Positions 37,386-47,266 of a stretch of 64,000 nt of DNA are shown here, one piece after another. The stretch's first letter is position 1. Every line of letters begins with the position of its first letter. The notes under the pieces were generated by a model. The model had not been told where the DNA came from and made no database searches. It saw nothing but the letters and a program-made list of their open reading frames with translations. The position numbers and the translations under genes were made by a program. This stretch comes from an uncultured Candidatus Saccharibacteria bacterium (GTDB lineage: Bacteria; Patescibacteriota; Minisyncoccia; Phycocordibacterales; DATDWN01): NCBI GenBank assembly GCA_964586695.1, contig CAZPGQ010000001.1:5350-69349 (forward strand). Direction: 5' to 3'.

Positions 37386-38036
37386 ATGTTTGGCACATTA
37401 GAAACAATATTGATTTCATATTCAGAAAAAATACCGCTGACAGCGTTCGCCTTTATTGCATCAATGGTTGAGGAAGTTGTGGCTCCAATACCATCTCCAG
37501 CTGTAATGATAGTTACGGGTTCCATTGCTTCTGTCCAAGAAAAAGTTTTTTACTATTTACTTGTATTATCAATATTGGGTGCCTTGGGTAAATTAATCGG
37601 AGCGATTTTTGTTTATTATATGGCAGACAAAATAGAAGATTTTTTTGCGGGGGTTGTGGAGAAATTTTTTGGTGTTACACACGAAGATATTGAGTCATTT
37701 GGAAAAAGATTGAGTGGAGGATGGAGAGATTATTTCATAATGTTTTTAATGAGGGCTTTACCAGTTGTACCTAGTTCTCTAGTTTCTATTGGAAGTGGTT
37801 TTTTGAAAATTCCCATGAAAGTTTTTATAGTATCGACTTTTTTGGGCTCAATAGTTAGGGATTTTATTTATATATATTTTGGTTATGCGGGTATTTCGGT
37901 TCTCGGGGCTTTTTTGAAAAAATCAGAATCTATTGAGTCGTTTATTCAGCTTGTTGCACTTATCATCATAATGGCAGGTTTAGTTTACGCATATGCTAAA
38001 AGACGGAAAAAATCTGTAGACACTTCTGTTATCTAG
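37386..38036 (+). CDS. DedA/VTT family membrane protein
   Basis: EE.VAPIPS, RALPVVP motifs; true start after the tRNA. Confidence 0.85.
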   Translation: MFGTLETILISYSEKIPLTAFAFIASMVEEVVAPIPSPAVMIVTGSIASVQEKVFYYLLVLSILGALGKLIGAIFVYYMADKIEDFFAGVVEKFFGVTHEDIESFGKRLSGGWRDYFIMFLMRALPVVPSSLVSIGSGFLKIPMKVFIVSTFLGSIVRDFIYIYFGYAGISVLGAFLKKSESIESFIQLVALIIIMAGLVYAYAKRRKKSVDTSVI

Positions 38037-38052
38037 TTATTCTGAATCCAGT

Positions 38053-39321
38053 TTATTTTTTAGAAGGGAGGATTATTTCAGTTGTTGTCCAATCTTTATC
38101 AAATACTGTTTTTAAACATTTGACCACATCAGTGTAGGTAATTTTTTCTCTTTCTTTTAACATAGAAGTTTTTGTTTTAACTTTTCCTGTTTGCCATATG
38201 TGAGATAGAACTTCATCTGTTGATTCTCCCGTGACTTCCTCCATTGATTTAAATCGGTCTATTCGTACTTGTTTCAATGTATTAAATCTTCCTTTTTCTT
38301 TACCAGAATAAATGTCATCAAGTGCTTTCCAGAATTCTGTCTTCACTGTTTCTATAGCCTCTTCTTTTGTTTTCAGATTTGCGCCCCATATTGTAAAGTC
38401 TCTCTGTATATATGAACCAGCACCAACTCCATAACATAATGCTCTCTCAGTACGAAGTCTTTCAAATAAAATATCATATAGAAGACTGGAACTCATAAGT
38501 TCTATTTGTTCGTTCGGACAATCATTGGTTTGCATTACTCTACCAAAAGTTATCTCTACTTGTTCTCTTGGATCACCAATTTCATCACTGTTTTTTACAA
38601 TATACAGCTTTTTTGGTTTTTGGATTTTTCCGAAATCTATTTTTGACTTTTTTGCTTTCGGTGCAAGTTTAATAAATTTTTCTATTTTCTTTAGATCCTT
38701 TTCTTTTATATTTCCTGATATAACAATAAAGAAATTTCCTTTACCGTAGTGGGCTTTGTGCCACTCCTTTATATCTTCCGTCTTTATTTTTTCTACTGTA
38801 TCTGGCCAGCCAAGTGGTGAAGAAGCATTGGCTCGTAGTGTTCCATGAAATGAATTCTCCAAGTCTTCTTTTATATATGAGAGTAATTTTTCATTTTTAA
38901 ATCGTCCCCAAGCTTCTTGAATAATAACTTTTCTTTCATGCTCTACATCTTCAGGTTTTAGGAGGGGATTAAAAATCATGTCAGCCATCCCGTCTAAAAC
39001 AACGTCTAGTTTTTCTGGCAGACATTTTAGGTGATAGTTTGTATTTGTAAAATGTGTCCAAGCATTCCAAGAGCCTAGTGTATTAACTTTTTTCCATTCT
39101 TCTATTATTTTCTTTGTTGGAAGTTTTGGTGAGCCGTCGAAAATAAGATGTTCGAGAAAATGTGAAATTCCTATAGTTTCAGGTTTGTCATTCAGCACTC
39201 CAACATTAAAACAGACGTGAATGTGTACACAGGGGGAGTTGGGAAAGTTTTTATAATACACAGGAACACCGTCTATAACTTTCTTTGAAAAATCGTAAGG
39301 ATCAAATGTTTTATTTGGCAT
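38053..39321 (-). CDS. M16 family (pitrilysin-like) zinc peptidase
   Basis: GISHFLEH, NAWT, ERKVIIQE, LRTERALCY. Confidence 0.9.
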   Translation of the reverse strand: MPNKTFDPYDFSKKVIDGVPVYYKNFPNSPCVHIHVCFNVGVLNDKPETIGISHFLEHLIFDGSPKLPTKKIIEEWKKVNTLGSWNAWTHFTNTNYHLKCLPEKLDVVLDGMADMIFNPLLKPEDVEHERKVIIQEAWGRFKNEKLLSYIKEDLENSFHGTLRANASSPLGWPDTVEKIKTEDIKEWHKAHYGKGNFFIVISGNIKEKDLKKIEKFIKLAPKAKKSKIDFGKIQKPKKLYIVKNSDEIGDPREQVEITFGRVMQTNDCPNEQIELMSSSLLYDILFERLRTERALCYGVGAGSYIQRDFTIWGANLKTKEEAIETVKTEFWKALDDIYSGKEKGRFNTLKQVRIDRFKSMEEVTGESTDEVLSHIWQTGKVKTKTSMLKEREKITYTDVVKCLKTVFDKDWTTTEIILPSKK

Positions 39322-39437
39322 GAGGTAAGTATATTACCAATTCAAACAATAGAGCAACTTAGGTATACACAAAGTCTTCTGGCTAACTTAGAAACCATCT
39401 TGTTTACCAGCAGGGAAATAAAGTATATAATATTTGC

Positions 39438-39929
39438 ATGGTTATAGTTTCGTGTAAATTATGCAGTAAAGAGTTTGGTGTTAAACCATCCTGGATTAAG
39501 TTGGGTTATGGAAAATATTGTTCTAGAGTTTGTCAGTATGAAGGAAGAAAAAGTGGAAAAGTTATTGCTTGTTCTGTTTGTGGAAAGGAATCATATAAAA
39601 ATAATAAAGCTATAAACGGTTCAAAAAGTGGTAAGTATTTTTGCGGTAAGTCCTGCCAAACTGTTTGGCGAAATGCTGAATTTGTTGGTAAAAAGCATGC
39701 AAATTATATTAACGGAAATGCTTCTTATAAAAGTATATTAGGTAGACATAAAATTCCTAGAATTTGTGGATTATGTGGGACTAGGGATTTAAGAGTTTTG
39801 GCGGTTCATCATATAGATGAAAATCATGTTAATAACGTATTAGAGAATCTAGCTTGGCTTTGCCACAATTGCCATTTTCTAGTGCATCATGATAAGGTAG
39901 AGAAGGCAAGATTTCTTGCCAGCAGGTAG
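39438..39929 (+). CDS. HNH endonuclease with N-terminal Cys4 zinc-finger repeats
   Basis: Two CxxC...(Y/F)CxxxC repeats; CxxC...VHHIDENHVNN..ENL..LCxxCH. Confidence 0.85.
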   Translation: MVIVSCKLCSKEFGVKPSWIKLGYGKYCSRVCQYEGRKSGKVIACSVCGKESYKNNKAINGSKSGKYFCGKSCQTVWRNAEFVGKKHANYINGNASYKSILGRHKIPRICGLCGTRDLRVLAVHHIDENHVNNVLENLAWLCHNCHFLVHHDKVEKARFLASR

Positions 39930-39933
39930 ACAT

Positions 39934-40007
39934 GGTGGCTATAGTGTAGCGGCTCTGCACGAAAGTTTGTGGAACTTTAAGTTCCGGTTCGACCCCGGAT
40001 AGCCACC
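39934..40007 (+). tRNA. tRNA-His(GTG)
   Basis: G-1:C73, loop TTGTGGA. Confidence 0.93.
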
Positions 40008-40022
40008 CTGCGATGAATTTCT

Positions 40023-40055
40023 CTAAAAAATCCTTACCGAGTAAGGATTTTTTAG
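40023..40055 (+). terminator. Terminator after tRNA-His
   Basis: CTAAAAAATCCTTAC/GTAAGGATTTTTTAG. Confidence 0.7.
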
Positions 40056-40078
40056 TTCTATCTTGGTATACTTTTGGC

Positions 40079-40603
40079 ATGAAACAATCCATCTTAATTG
40101 CGGGAATAAGTGGGTCAGGAAAATCGGAAGTTAGCCGAAGATTAAAGAATTCTGGTTATGAGACTTGTGATATGGATAGCATGGAGGGGTTATGCTTAAT
40201 GGTTGATAAAAAAACTGGACTACCTACTCCATATGATAATGATAATGATCTGGAAAAAATTGAAAAAATGTATTGGCTTTATAAAAAAGACAAATTGGAA
40301 GAATTAATTATTAGTCAAAAAAGTGAACTGGTTTTTTATTGCGGAGCACCAAATAACTTAGAAGAAATAGTATCTTTATTTAATAAAGTAATTTTGTTAG
40401 TTGCTAATCCAGATATTATTCGACAAAGATTGGTGGATAGGAAAGATAATGGATTCGGGAAGTCGATTGAAGTCCAAAATTATATATTGGAGAGAAAGGA
40501 AAAAATTGAACAGAGTCTTGTGGCACAAGGTGCTTTGGTTGTGGATGCAAATCAAGACATAGAGGTCGTTGTACAGAAAGTGATTGAATTTTCTAGAGTC
40601 TAG
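40079..40603 (+). CDS. P-loop kinase (AAA/shikimate/NMP kinase-like)
   Basis: GISGSGKS, RxxxR lid. Confidence 0.75.
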   Translation: MKQSILIAGISGSGKSEVSRRLKNSGYETCDMDSMEGLCLMVDKKTGLPTPYDNDNDLEKIEKMYWLYKKDKLEELIISQKSELVFYCGAPNNLEEIVSLFNKVILLVANPDIIRQRLVDRKDNGFGKSIEVQNYILERKEKIEQSLVAQGALVVDANQDIEVVVQKVIEFSRV

Positions 40604-40679
40604 TACAAGATTGAAAATCAGGAATGTTGATTGTGGCGTCATTTTTAAGCTCAAACACAGTTCTAACTTCCTCTACTAC

Positions 40680-40756
40680 GCCACCCCAGATACAACAACC
40701 CGCGCAAGCGGGCTTTGTTGTATCTGGGGTGGCTATGGAAATGTTTAGAGTTTCAT
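40680..40756 (+). repeat. Truncated tRNA-3'-associated element (His-matching)
   Basis: GCCACCC + hairpin + GGGTGGCTAT (exact reverse complement of 39999-40008) + GAAA..TTTC stem. Confidence 0.55.
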
Positions 40757-40871
40757 TTATATTTTGTGACCTTTATAAAATGTTTTATTTAGGTGTTCAA
40801 TACTATTGACAAATGTCATTTTTTTTGTTATTAAACTAGGTAGAGCCAATCCTGGCTACTGGAGGTTTGTA

Positions 40872-41732
40872 ATGCAGAAGTATGTGCTGATTTTTGCCGT
40901 AGTTTGCTCGCTGTTCCTTGTCGGTTGTGGCGGAGGGAACCCCTCAGCCCCGACACGTGGGACAATCACGTCGATCGTTGGGGGGCAACCTTCCAACGAG
41001 ATCGCTGGTCCAATCCGTCCCACGGTCCAACCATGGACGGTGGAACTGAGGGGAGGGCAGGCTGGGAAAGTCTGCTCGGGCCCAGCCAACAACCTCGACA
41101 GCCAGCCTTCGAGGTATATCATCAGGGTTGCTGATGCAGGTCCAGTTGAGTGGGAGCCGTTGGGTTTCGTACACTACAGCACGCATCCGGGGTGCGAACC
41201 GACGGTGGAAAACCCATCACCGTTGGAGGTCATTGGGCAGACAACTTTCCTAGCCCACAGCAGTGGGGAATTCACAGTCCCAACTAAGGGGGAAGGTCTA
41301 AGCTGTGGGCGCGTCCAGTTGGACGTGCAAGGCTTCGACAAGAAGACAAGGAAGCCAATTCCCGAACTCTTTTTTGTTGGCGTTGTGTTTGACTCGGGCA
41401 AGGAATGCCCGAGACCAGAGCCAAAGGTGGAAGAGATCCCACCTCCTTGTGTGGTGGGGGATGTCTCTGTAATTCGTGTTGGGGAAGATATCTTGTCCCC
41501 AACTGGACTGACTGTCCGACGGGCCGTCAAATTCAGCGGAAGTGGAGCCGTCACAGTAAACTGGGGAGACGGGTCGCCATCACAGACGGTAATGACCGGA
41601 GCGGTCATTACCCATGTGTTTCTAAGGCCAGTGAAGAACACTGGCCCAGACTTTAGGGAGTATGTCATCTCCCTCTCAGGGTGCGGTAAGACTGTCACAC
41701 AGTTTGCCGTTAGGGTGACCCAAACTCAGTAA
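40872..41732 (+). CDS. GC-rich Cys-rich lipoprotein with C-terminal PKD-like domain
   Basis: TTGACA promoter at 40806, GGAGG SD, lipobox LVGC, NWGDG motif, terminator 41749-41783. Confidence 0.75.
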   Translation: MQKYVLIFAVVCSLFLVGCGGGNPSAPTRGTITSIVGGQPSNEIAGPIRPTVQPWTVELRGGQAGKVCSGPANNLDSQPSRYIIRVADAGPVEWEPLGFVHYSTHPGCEPTVENPSPLEVIGQTTFLAHSSGEFTVPTKGEGLSCGRVQLDVQGFDKKTRKPIPELFFVGVVFDSGKECPRPEPKVEEIPPPCVVGDVSVIRVGEDILSPTGLTVRRAVKFSGSGAVTVNWGDGSPSQTVMTGAVITHVFLRPVKNTGPDFREYVISLSGCGKTVTQFAVRVTQTQ

Positions 41733-41886
41733 TCTTGGGATTGGGGTTGAGGGCAGGCGCGACAAGCGTCTGCCTCTCTTTTTATATAAAAATAATTATC
41801 ACACCTCTATAATTTTATTATAAATAAGATAAGACTATCTTATCTGTGCTATAATGGCCATCTGATTATCAATAGCCATTAAACGA

Positions 41887-42381
41887 ATGTACACAAAAGA
41901 AAATTTAAAAGCTTCTATTACTCACGAAATAAACGTTATCAAGCATTTATTTTCAAAGATACCAGAAGGTCAGATGGGATATAAGCCAACAGAAAAGCAG
42001 AGAACAATGCTTGAGCTTTTGAAATATTTATGTGCTCTTACTCCTGCAACTGTTGAGATGGTCTATACTGCAGAACCAAAAGTTTTTATGGATATTCAGA
42101 AAACAGCAACAGAGACAGTCACAGCAGAAAATTTTATAGAAAAGCTAGATATGGGTGCAACAGAAGCTATGGCTACCTTGGATAAGTTTACAGAAGAGGA
42201 TTTGGCTACAGTTGTAAATATTTTTGGTATGGGAGATAAAACAAAAGGAGTTTACCTTGTTGATACTATTGTAAAATGGCTCGCTGCATACAAACTTCAG
42301 TTATTCCTTTACATTAAGTCATCTGGGAATACTGATATTGGAACTAGTAATGCGTGGGGTGGTTTTGATCAGGAAAAATAA
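41887..42381 (+). CDS. DinB-like protein
   Basis: YKPTEKQRTMLELLKYL; four-helix pattern; QLFLY.K..G. Confidence 0.6.
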   Translation: MYTKENLKASITHEINVIKHLFSKIPEGQMGYKPTEKQRTMLELLKYLCALTPATVEMVYTAEPKVFMDIQKTATETVTAENFIEKLDMGATEAMATLDKFTEEDLATVVNIFGMGDKTKGVYLVDTIVKWLAAYKLQLFLYIKSSGNTDIGTSNAWGGFDQEK

Positions 42382-42387
42382 TTTTGT

Positions 42388-44130
42388 ATGGAAATACTCT
42401 GGAAATACTTAAAAAAATATTGGCAACTTTGTTTGCTTGTTTTGGTGCTAGCAAGTATCAATCAGGTATTTTCTCTACTTGATCCATACATATTTCGGCA
42501 CGTCATAGATAACTATGCGACAAAGTTTGACCAATACACGCTCCCACAGTTTTTCCGAGGAGTATCATATTTGTTACTGCTTGCTGTTGGCGTGGCATTT
42601 GTTTCTAGAACAGCAAAAAACTTCCAGGACTATTATCTAAATAATATTACTCAGAGACTTGGTGCAGAACTGTATGCAGATGGCGTAAAACATTCTCTTG
42701 CCTTACCTTACGAAGTTTTCGAAGACCAAAGAAGTGGGGAAACACTAAACCTTTTACAAAAAGCGAGACTTGATTCAGAGAAACTCATAAACGCGGCAAT
42801 AAACGTGACATTTGTTTCTCTAGTTGGCTTTATCTTCGTGACAATTTACTCGATAAACCTTTACTGGGGGATTGCGGTAGCATATGGTCTAACCATTCCT
42901 ATTATTGGTAGTGTAAGTTATTTTTTGAGTAAGAAAGTAAAGGATATACAACAAAAAATAATAGTAGAGACTTCAGCACTTGCTGGTTCTACAACGGAGT
43001 CACTCCGAAATATTGAGTTAGTAAAAAGTTTGGGACTTTCCGAGCAGGAGATAGGACGACTGAACTTAACAACAAAAAGAATTTTGGAATTAGAATTGAA
43101 AAAACTTCGATATGTAAGAAGTATAAGTTTTATACAGGGAACTATAATAAACTTTCTTCGAACATCTATACTTTTGTTTATGATGGTTTTGGTTTTTCTA
43201 AAGATAATTACATTCGGAGAATTTTTCTCATTGTTTGTTTATTCGTTCTTTATCTTTGGCCCGCTACAGGAAATAGGTACAGTAATAAATACATACAGAG
43301 AAGCAGAAGCATCTTTGGCTAGGTATAAAACCATTTTGGATATGCCTATAGAAAAGATTCCAGAAAACCCAATTGGTCTTGAGAATGTTGAATCAATAGA
43401 GTTTGATAAAGTTTCTTTCTCATATAAAAGTGCAAAAACTACTGCAGTTGAAAACGTTTCTTTCGAGGTAAAGAAGGGTGAGACTATCGCATTTGTCGGT
43501 CCGTCAGGCTCAGGAAAAACTTCTGTAGTAAAACTTATTGTCGGTCTATATAAGCCAGTTTTGGGAAATATTTTGTATAACAAAAAACCAATACAGGATA
43601 TAAGTATAAAAGATTTGCGATCTCAGATTGGTTTTGTGACACAGGACACTCAATTATTTGCCGGCTCAATAAAAGAAAATTTATTGTTTGTTAACCCAGA
43701 CGCAACAGATGAAGAATGTTTAGATGTCTTGCATAAGAGTGCTTGTGATTCACTTTTGGCACGTGCAGACAAAGGTATTGATACTGTAATAGGTGAGGGT
43801 GGGGTGAAAATATCTGGTGGGGAGAAACAAAGACTTTCTATTGCTAGGGCGCTTTTGCGAAAGCCAACTCTTTTGGTTTTTGATGAAGCTACGTCTTCTT
43901 TGGACTCTATAACAGAAGAGGAAATAACAAAAACAGTTCGTGACGTGACAGCAACAAAGGAACATATCACAGTTCTGGTTGCTCATAGACTTTCTACTGT
44001 AATGCACGCAGACAAAATATATGTTTTGGAAAAAGGTGTTGTTGCAGAACATGGAACCCACTCTGACTTGTTGGAACAAAAAGGTTTGTACTACGCGATG
44101 TGGAGACAGCAGATTGGTGAGCGGGTTTAG
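42388..44130 (+). CDS. ABC exporter, fused TM + ATPase
   Basis: GPSGSGKT, ISGGEKQR, FDEATSSLD, AHRLST. Confidence 0.93.
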   Translation: MEILWKYLKKYWQLCLLVLVLASINQVFSLLDPYIFRHVIDNYATKFDQYTLPQFFRGVSYLLLLAVGVAFVSRTAKNFQDYYLNNITQRLGAELYADGVKHSLALPYEVFEDQRSGETLNLLQKARLDSEKLINAAINVTFVSLVGFIFVTIYSINLYWGIAVAYGLTIPIIGSVSYFLSKKVKDIQQKIIVETSALAGSTTESLRNIELVKSLGLSEQEIGRLNLTTKRILELELKKLRYVRSISFIQGTIINFLRTSILLFMMVLVFLKIITFGEFFSLFVYSFFIFGPLQEIGTVINTYREAEASLARYKTILDMPIEKIPENPIGLENVESIEFDKVSFSYKSAKTTAVENVSFEVKKGETIAFVGPSGSGKTSVVKLIVGLYKPVLGNILYNKKPIQDISIKDLRSQIGFVTQDTQLFAGSIKENLLFVNPDATDEECLDVLHKSACDSLLARADKGIDTVIGEGGVKISGGEKQRLSIARALLRKPTLLVFDEATSSLDSITEEEITKTVRDVTATKEHITVLVAHRLSTVMHADKIYVLEKGVVAEHGTHSDLLEQKGLYYAMWRQQIGERV

Positions 44131-44148
44131 TTGCTGTATAGTTAATGT

Positions 44149-45018
44149 ATGGAAATACTTGTAACTAAAAAATCTAAAGACTACGAACTCTTGGATAGTG
44201 GGGAAGGTCAAAAACTAGAAAGGTACGGTGAGTATGTTTTGGCTAGACCAGACACACAGGCTATTTGGCAAAGGAAATTGGGAAATAGTGAATGGGAAAA
44301 AGCTGATGCTATTTTTTCGCATGGGGCAAAGTCTGGAAAATGGAATGCCAAAGGAAAAATTAAAGAAAATTGGCTAGTTAATTTAAATGATGTTGTTTTT
44401 AGCTTGGAATTATTACCATCAAAACATTTGGGTGTTTTTCCAGAGCAATCTTCTCAGTGGTCTTGGATTGAAGACAAAATTAAATCTAGAATTAGTTCTG
44501 GTCAGAAAGTAAAAGTTTTGAATCTTTTTGGTTATACAGGAGGAGCGAGTCTTGTTTCTGCTAAAGCTGGCGCAGAAGTGGTTCATATCGATGCGTCGAA
44601 ATTTGCTGTAGATTTGGCCCAGAAAAATTTAAAATCATCAAACCTTGGAGAAAAGTCTGTAAGATTTATTGTAGATGACGTGAGAAAATTTGTTGAAAGA
44701 GAAATAAAGAGGGGAAGTAAATATGATGTAGTTCTTATGGACCCACCAGTCTACGGCAAGGGCGCTAAAAAGGAAGTTTGGAAAATAGAAGAAGATCTGT
44801 CTCCATTTCTTTCAAAAATAAGCAAAATAATTTCACCCGACCCACTTGCTATTGTGTTAAACGGTTATGCTTCTGTGTATTCTGCTCAGACATACAAAAA
44901 TTTGTTGGAAAATTCTTTTGGCAGTTTGGGAGGGAAGATTTCGTTTGGAGAAATGTCTATCGAGGAGTCTTCTGGAAGACTTCTTCCGTGCGGTATATTT
45001 GCTAGATGGTCAAAATAA
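44149..45018 (+). CDS. SAM-dependent methyltransferase (RlmI/K-like)
   Basis: VLNLFGYTGG, DPP motif. Confidence 0.85.
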   Translation: MEILVTKKSKDYELLDSGEGQKLERYGEYVLARPDTQAIWQRKLGNSEWEKADAIFSHGAKSGKWNAKGKIKENWLVNLNDVVFSLELLPSKHLGVFPEQSSQWSWIEDKIKSRISSGQKVKVLNLFGYTGGASLVSAKAGAEVVHIDASKFAVDLAQKNLKSSNLGEKSVRFIVDDVRKFVEREIKRGSKYDVVLMDPPVYGKGAKKEVWKIEEDLSPFLSKISKIISPDPLAIVLNGYASVYSAQTYKNLLENSFGSLGGKISFGEMSIEESSGRLLPCGIFARWSK

Positions 45019-45019
45019 A

Positions 45020-45550
45020 ATGAACTTTATAGATATTAATGTTAAGAACTATTTTGATTTAAGTAGAACTTCTGGTCTAACAGAATATATGTATCTTTTG
45101 ACGAATCTTTTTGACGTTTCTGTTTATTCCGCGATGGTCTTTATATGTTTTGCTATTCTAATCTATCTTTTTAGGGGAATCAGATACGCAGTATTTTTTA
45201 TGACGACTTTAGTTTCTACCGCTGTTCTAGTTTATATTCTCAAAGTTATTTTTGACGTCTCTCGTCCTGACGGCGGGGTTATGTTTGCTTTTGGTCAAAG
45301 CTTCCCAAGCTTTCACGCAACTGCTTCCGCTGTATTTTTTATAATTTTGATCTACATTTTCGACGATTATTTGAAGTCATCTGTCCGTTTTGTGTTCAAC
45401 TTTTTATGTATATTTATGATTTTTGCCGTTTCCTTTTCTAGGATTTACCTAGGAGTACACTGGTTTAGTGATGTATTTGTGGGGGTGATTTTGGGTGGAG
45501 CCATAGTCTATGTATCAATAGGTATTTTTAGGAGATTCAGCTTGCTGTAA
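45020..45550 (+). CDS. PAP2 family phosphatase
   Basis: K......RP, SFPSFH, SRIYLGVHWFSD. Confidence 0.88.
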   Translation: MNFIDINVKNYFDLSRTSGLTEYMYLLTNLFDVSVYSAMVFICFAILIYLFRGIRYAVFFMTTLVSTAVLVYILKVIFDVSRPDGGVMFAFGQSFPSFHATASAVFFIILIYIFDDYLKSSVRFVFNFLCIFMIFAVSFSRIYLGVHWFSDVFVGVILGGAIVYVSIGIFRRFSLL

Positions 45551-45608
45551 GAAAACTGTGATAGAATAGTCTAATACAAATATAGGATTATAATTTAATA
45601 ATATTTTT

Positions 45609-46421
45609 ATGAATGATTTTTTTGAACCAACACAAAAGAGACGTTTTATAAACTCAATTGTGATCGTAGTTATTCTTCTAGGAGCTTTTTTGGCCATAGA
45701 AACTTTGAACTCTATAAGAGAGAACTCTTATATAGGTAAGGGTGTTTATCCAACAAATGTTATAGCAATAAACGGAACTGGAGAAGTTTACGCTATCCCA
45801 GACACAGCTTCATTCTCTTTCTCTGTAGTAGAAGAGGGTAAAACTGTAAAGGATGCACAGGACAAGGCTACAAAAAAGATCAATGCAATTTTGGACGCAG
45901 TTAAGAAGTTTGATATAGAAGATAAAGATATAAAAACTACAGGATATAGTTCATATCCAAAATACGACTATACAAGTTCTGCTTGTGTAAATGGTTATTG
46001 TCCTCCAGGCAAGCAAGTTCTAACAGGTTATGAGGTTAGTCAATCAATAACTGTAAAGGTTAGGGATACAGCAAAGGCTGGTGATGTTCTAACAAAAGTT
46101 GGTGGACTTGGTGCTTCAAATATCTCTGGCTTAGACTTTGTAGTTGATGATATGGATTCAGTTAAGGATCAGGCAAGAGAAAAGGCTGTAGCTGACGCAA
46201 AGGCAAAGGCAAAAGTGCTTTCAAAGACTTTGGGTGTAAGACTAACAAAAGTTGTAAGTTTCTATGAGTCTGGTGATATGCCTATGCCAATGTATTATGC
46301 AAAAGCTGAATCTGCTATGGGTATGGGTGGGGATATGGTCTCTGCTCGACCAGCACCTTCTATTCCAACAGGAGAGAATAAGATAGTTTCTAATGTAACT
46401 ATTACATACGAAGTGGAGTAA
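45609..46421 (+). CDS. SIMPL domain protein (DUF541)
   Basis: GTGEV...PDTA, AVADAKAKA, V.ITYE. Confidence 0.85.
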   Translation: MNDFFEPTQKRRFINSIVIVVILLGAFLAIETLNSIRENSYIGKGVYPTNVIAINGTGEVYAIPDTASFSFSVVEEGKTVKDAQDKATKKINAILDAVKKFDIEDKDIKTTGYSSYPKYDYTSSACVNGYCPPGKQVLTGYEVSQSITVKVRDTAKAGDVLTKVGGLGASNISGLDFVVDDMDSVKDQAREKAVADAKAKAKVLSKTLGVRLTKVVSFYESGDMPMPMYYAKAESAMGMGGDMVSARPAPSIPTGENKIVSNVTITYEVE

Positions 46422-46460
46422 AAACTTCCAAATCTAGCGAATTTCTCAGTTTGACTATTT
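46419..46460 (+). repeat. Truncated left arm of stop-codon-anchored palindrome, copy 4
   Basis: TAAAAACTTCCAAATCTAGCGAATTTC right at the stop; no right arm. Confidence 0.55.
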
Positions 46461-46532
46461 TAGTATTCTAATATACTATATTAATTAACCCCCCGAGGGG
46501 TTTTTTAATAAAGAACCCTCTAATACAAAACT

Positions 46533-46712
46533 ATGAGTCTAATAACATATCTAAAAGATACACAAGGAGAGCTAAAGCATGTCAGTTGGCCATCTAGAAA
46601 TCAGGCTATTGGTTTTACTATTGTTGTAGCGGTTGTTTCAATTTTCGTTTCATTTTATCTAGGATTTTTTGACTATTTGTTGAAACTTGTTATTGGTAAG
46701 TTTGTAATTTAA
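46533..46712 (+). CDS. secE: Preprotein translocase SecE (missing from ORF track)
   Basis: MSLITYLKDTQGELKHVSWPSRNQA...LGFFD; directly upstream of nusG. Confidence 0.92.
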   Translation: MSLITYLKDTQGELKHVSWPSRNQAIGFTIVVAVVSIFVSFYLGFFDYLLKLVIGKFVI

Positions 46713-46720
46713 TAATCTCT

Positions 46721-47266
46721 ATGTCAAAACAACAACCACAAGCAGGAAGAAATTGGTATGTTATCCATACATACGCTGGATATGAAAACGCTGTGATGAG
46801 AAATCTAAAACAGCGAATAGAGTCTCTTGGAATGGAAGATAAGATTTTTAATGTAATAGTTCCAACAGAAAAGAAGATAAAAATAAAAGCTGGTAAAAGA
46901 GTAGAAGAAGAGGAGAAGATATATCCAGGTTACATTTTGGTGGATATGATCGTAACAGAAGATTCTTGGTTCGTAGTTAGAAATACTCCAAGAGTTACAG
47001 GTTTCGTTGGTTCAGGTGTTTATCCTGTACCTATCGATCCAAAGGAAGTAGAAGAGCTATTTGGAAGAATGAATGCTCATACAGCAAAACACAAGATAGA
47101 CCTTTCAGTAAATGACTCTATTGTTATTGTTGATGGCCCATTTAAGGACCTTGAGGGTAAGGTAAACGAGGTTGATGAGGAGAGGGGCAAGGTAAAGGTG
47201 CTTGTGGCAATGTTTGGTCGAGAGACACCGGTAGAACTAGACTTCCTTCAGGTGCGCAAGAGTTAG
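46721..47266 (+). CDS. nusG: Transcription factor NusG
   Basis: WYVIHTYAGYE, PGYILV, NTPRVTGFVG, KOW, FGRETPVEL. Confidence 0.97.
   Translation: MSKQQPQAGRNWYVIHTYAGYENAVMRNLKQRIESLGMEDKIFNVIVPTEKKIKIKAGKRVEEEEKIYPGYILVDMIVTEDSWFVVRNTPRVTGFVGSGVYPVPIDPKEVEELFGRMNAHTAKHKIDLSVNDSIVIVDGPFKDLEGKVNEVDEERGKVKVLVAMFGRETPVELDFLQVRKS

Noticed and set aside
24665-37525. ORFs overlapping tRNAs (24665, 31108, 31340, 35085, 35162, 37201, 37289)
   Set aside because: Spurious frames across tRNA genes and repeat elements.
39330-39934. Group I intron housing the HNH gene
   Set aside because: No recognisable P7/R-S core, and the flanking tRNA and peptidase genes are uninterrupted.
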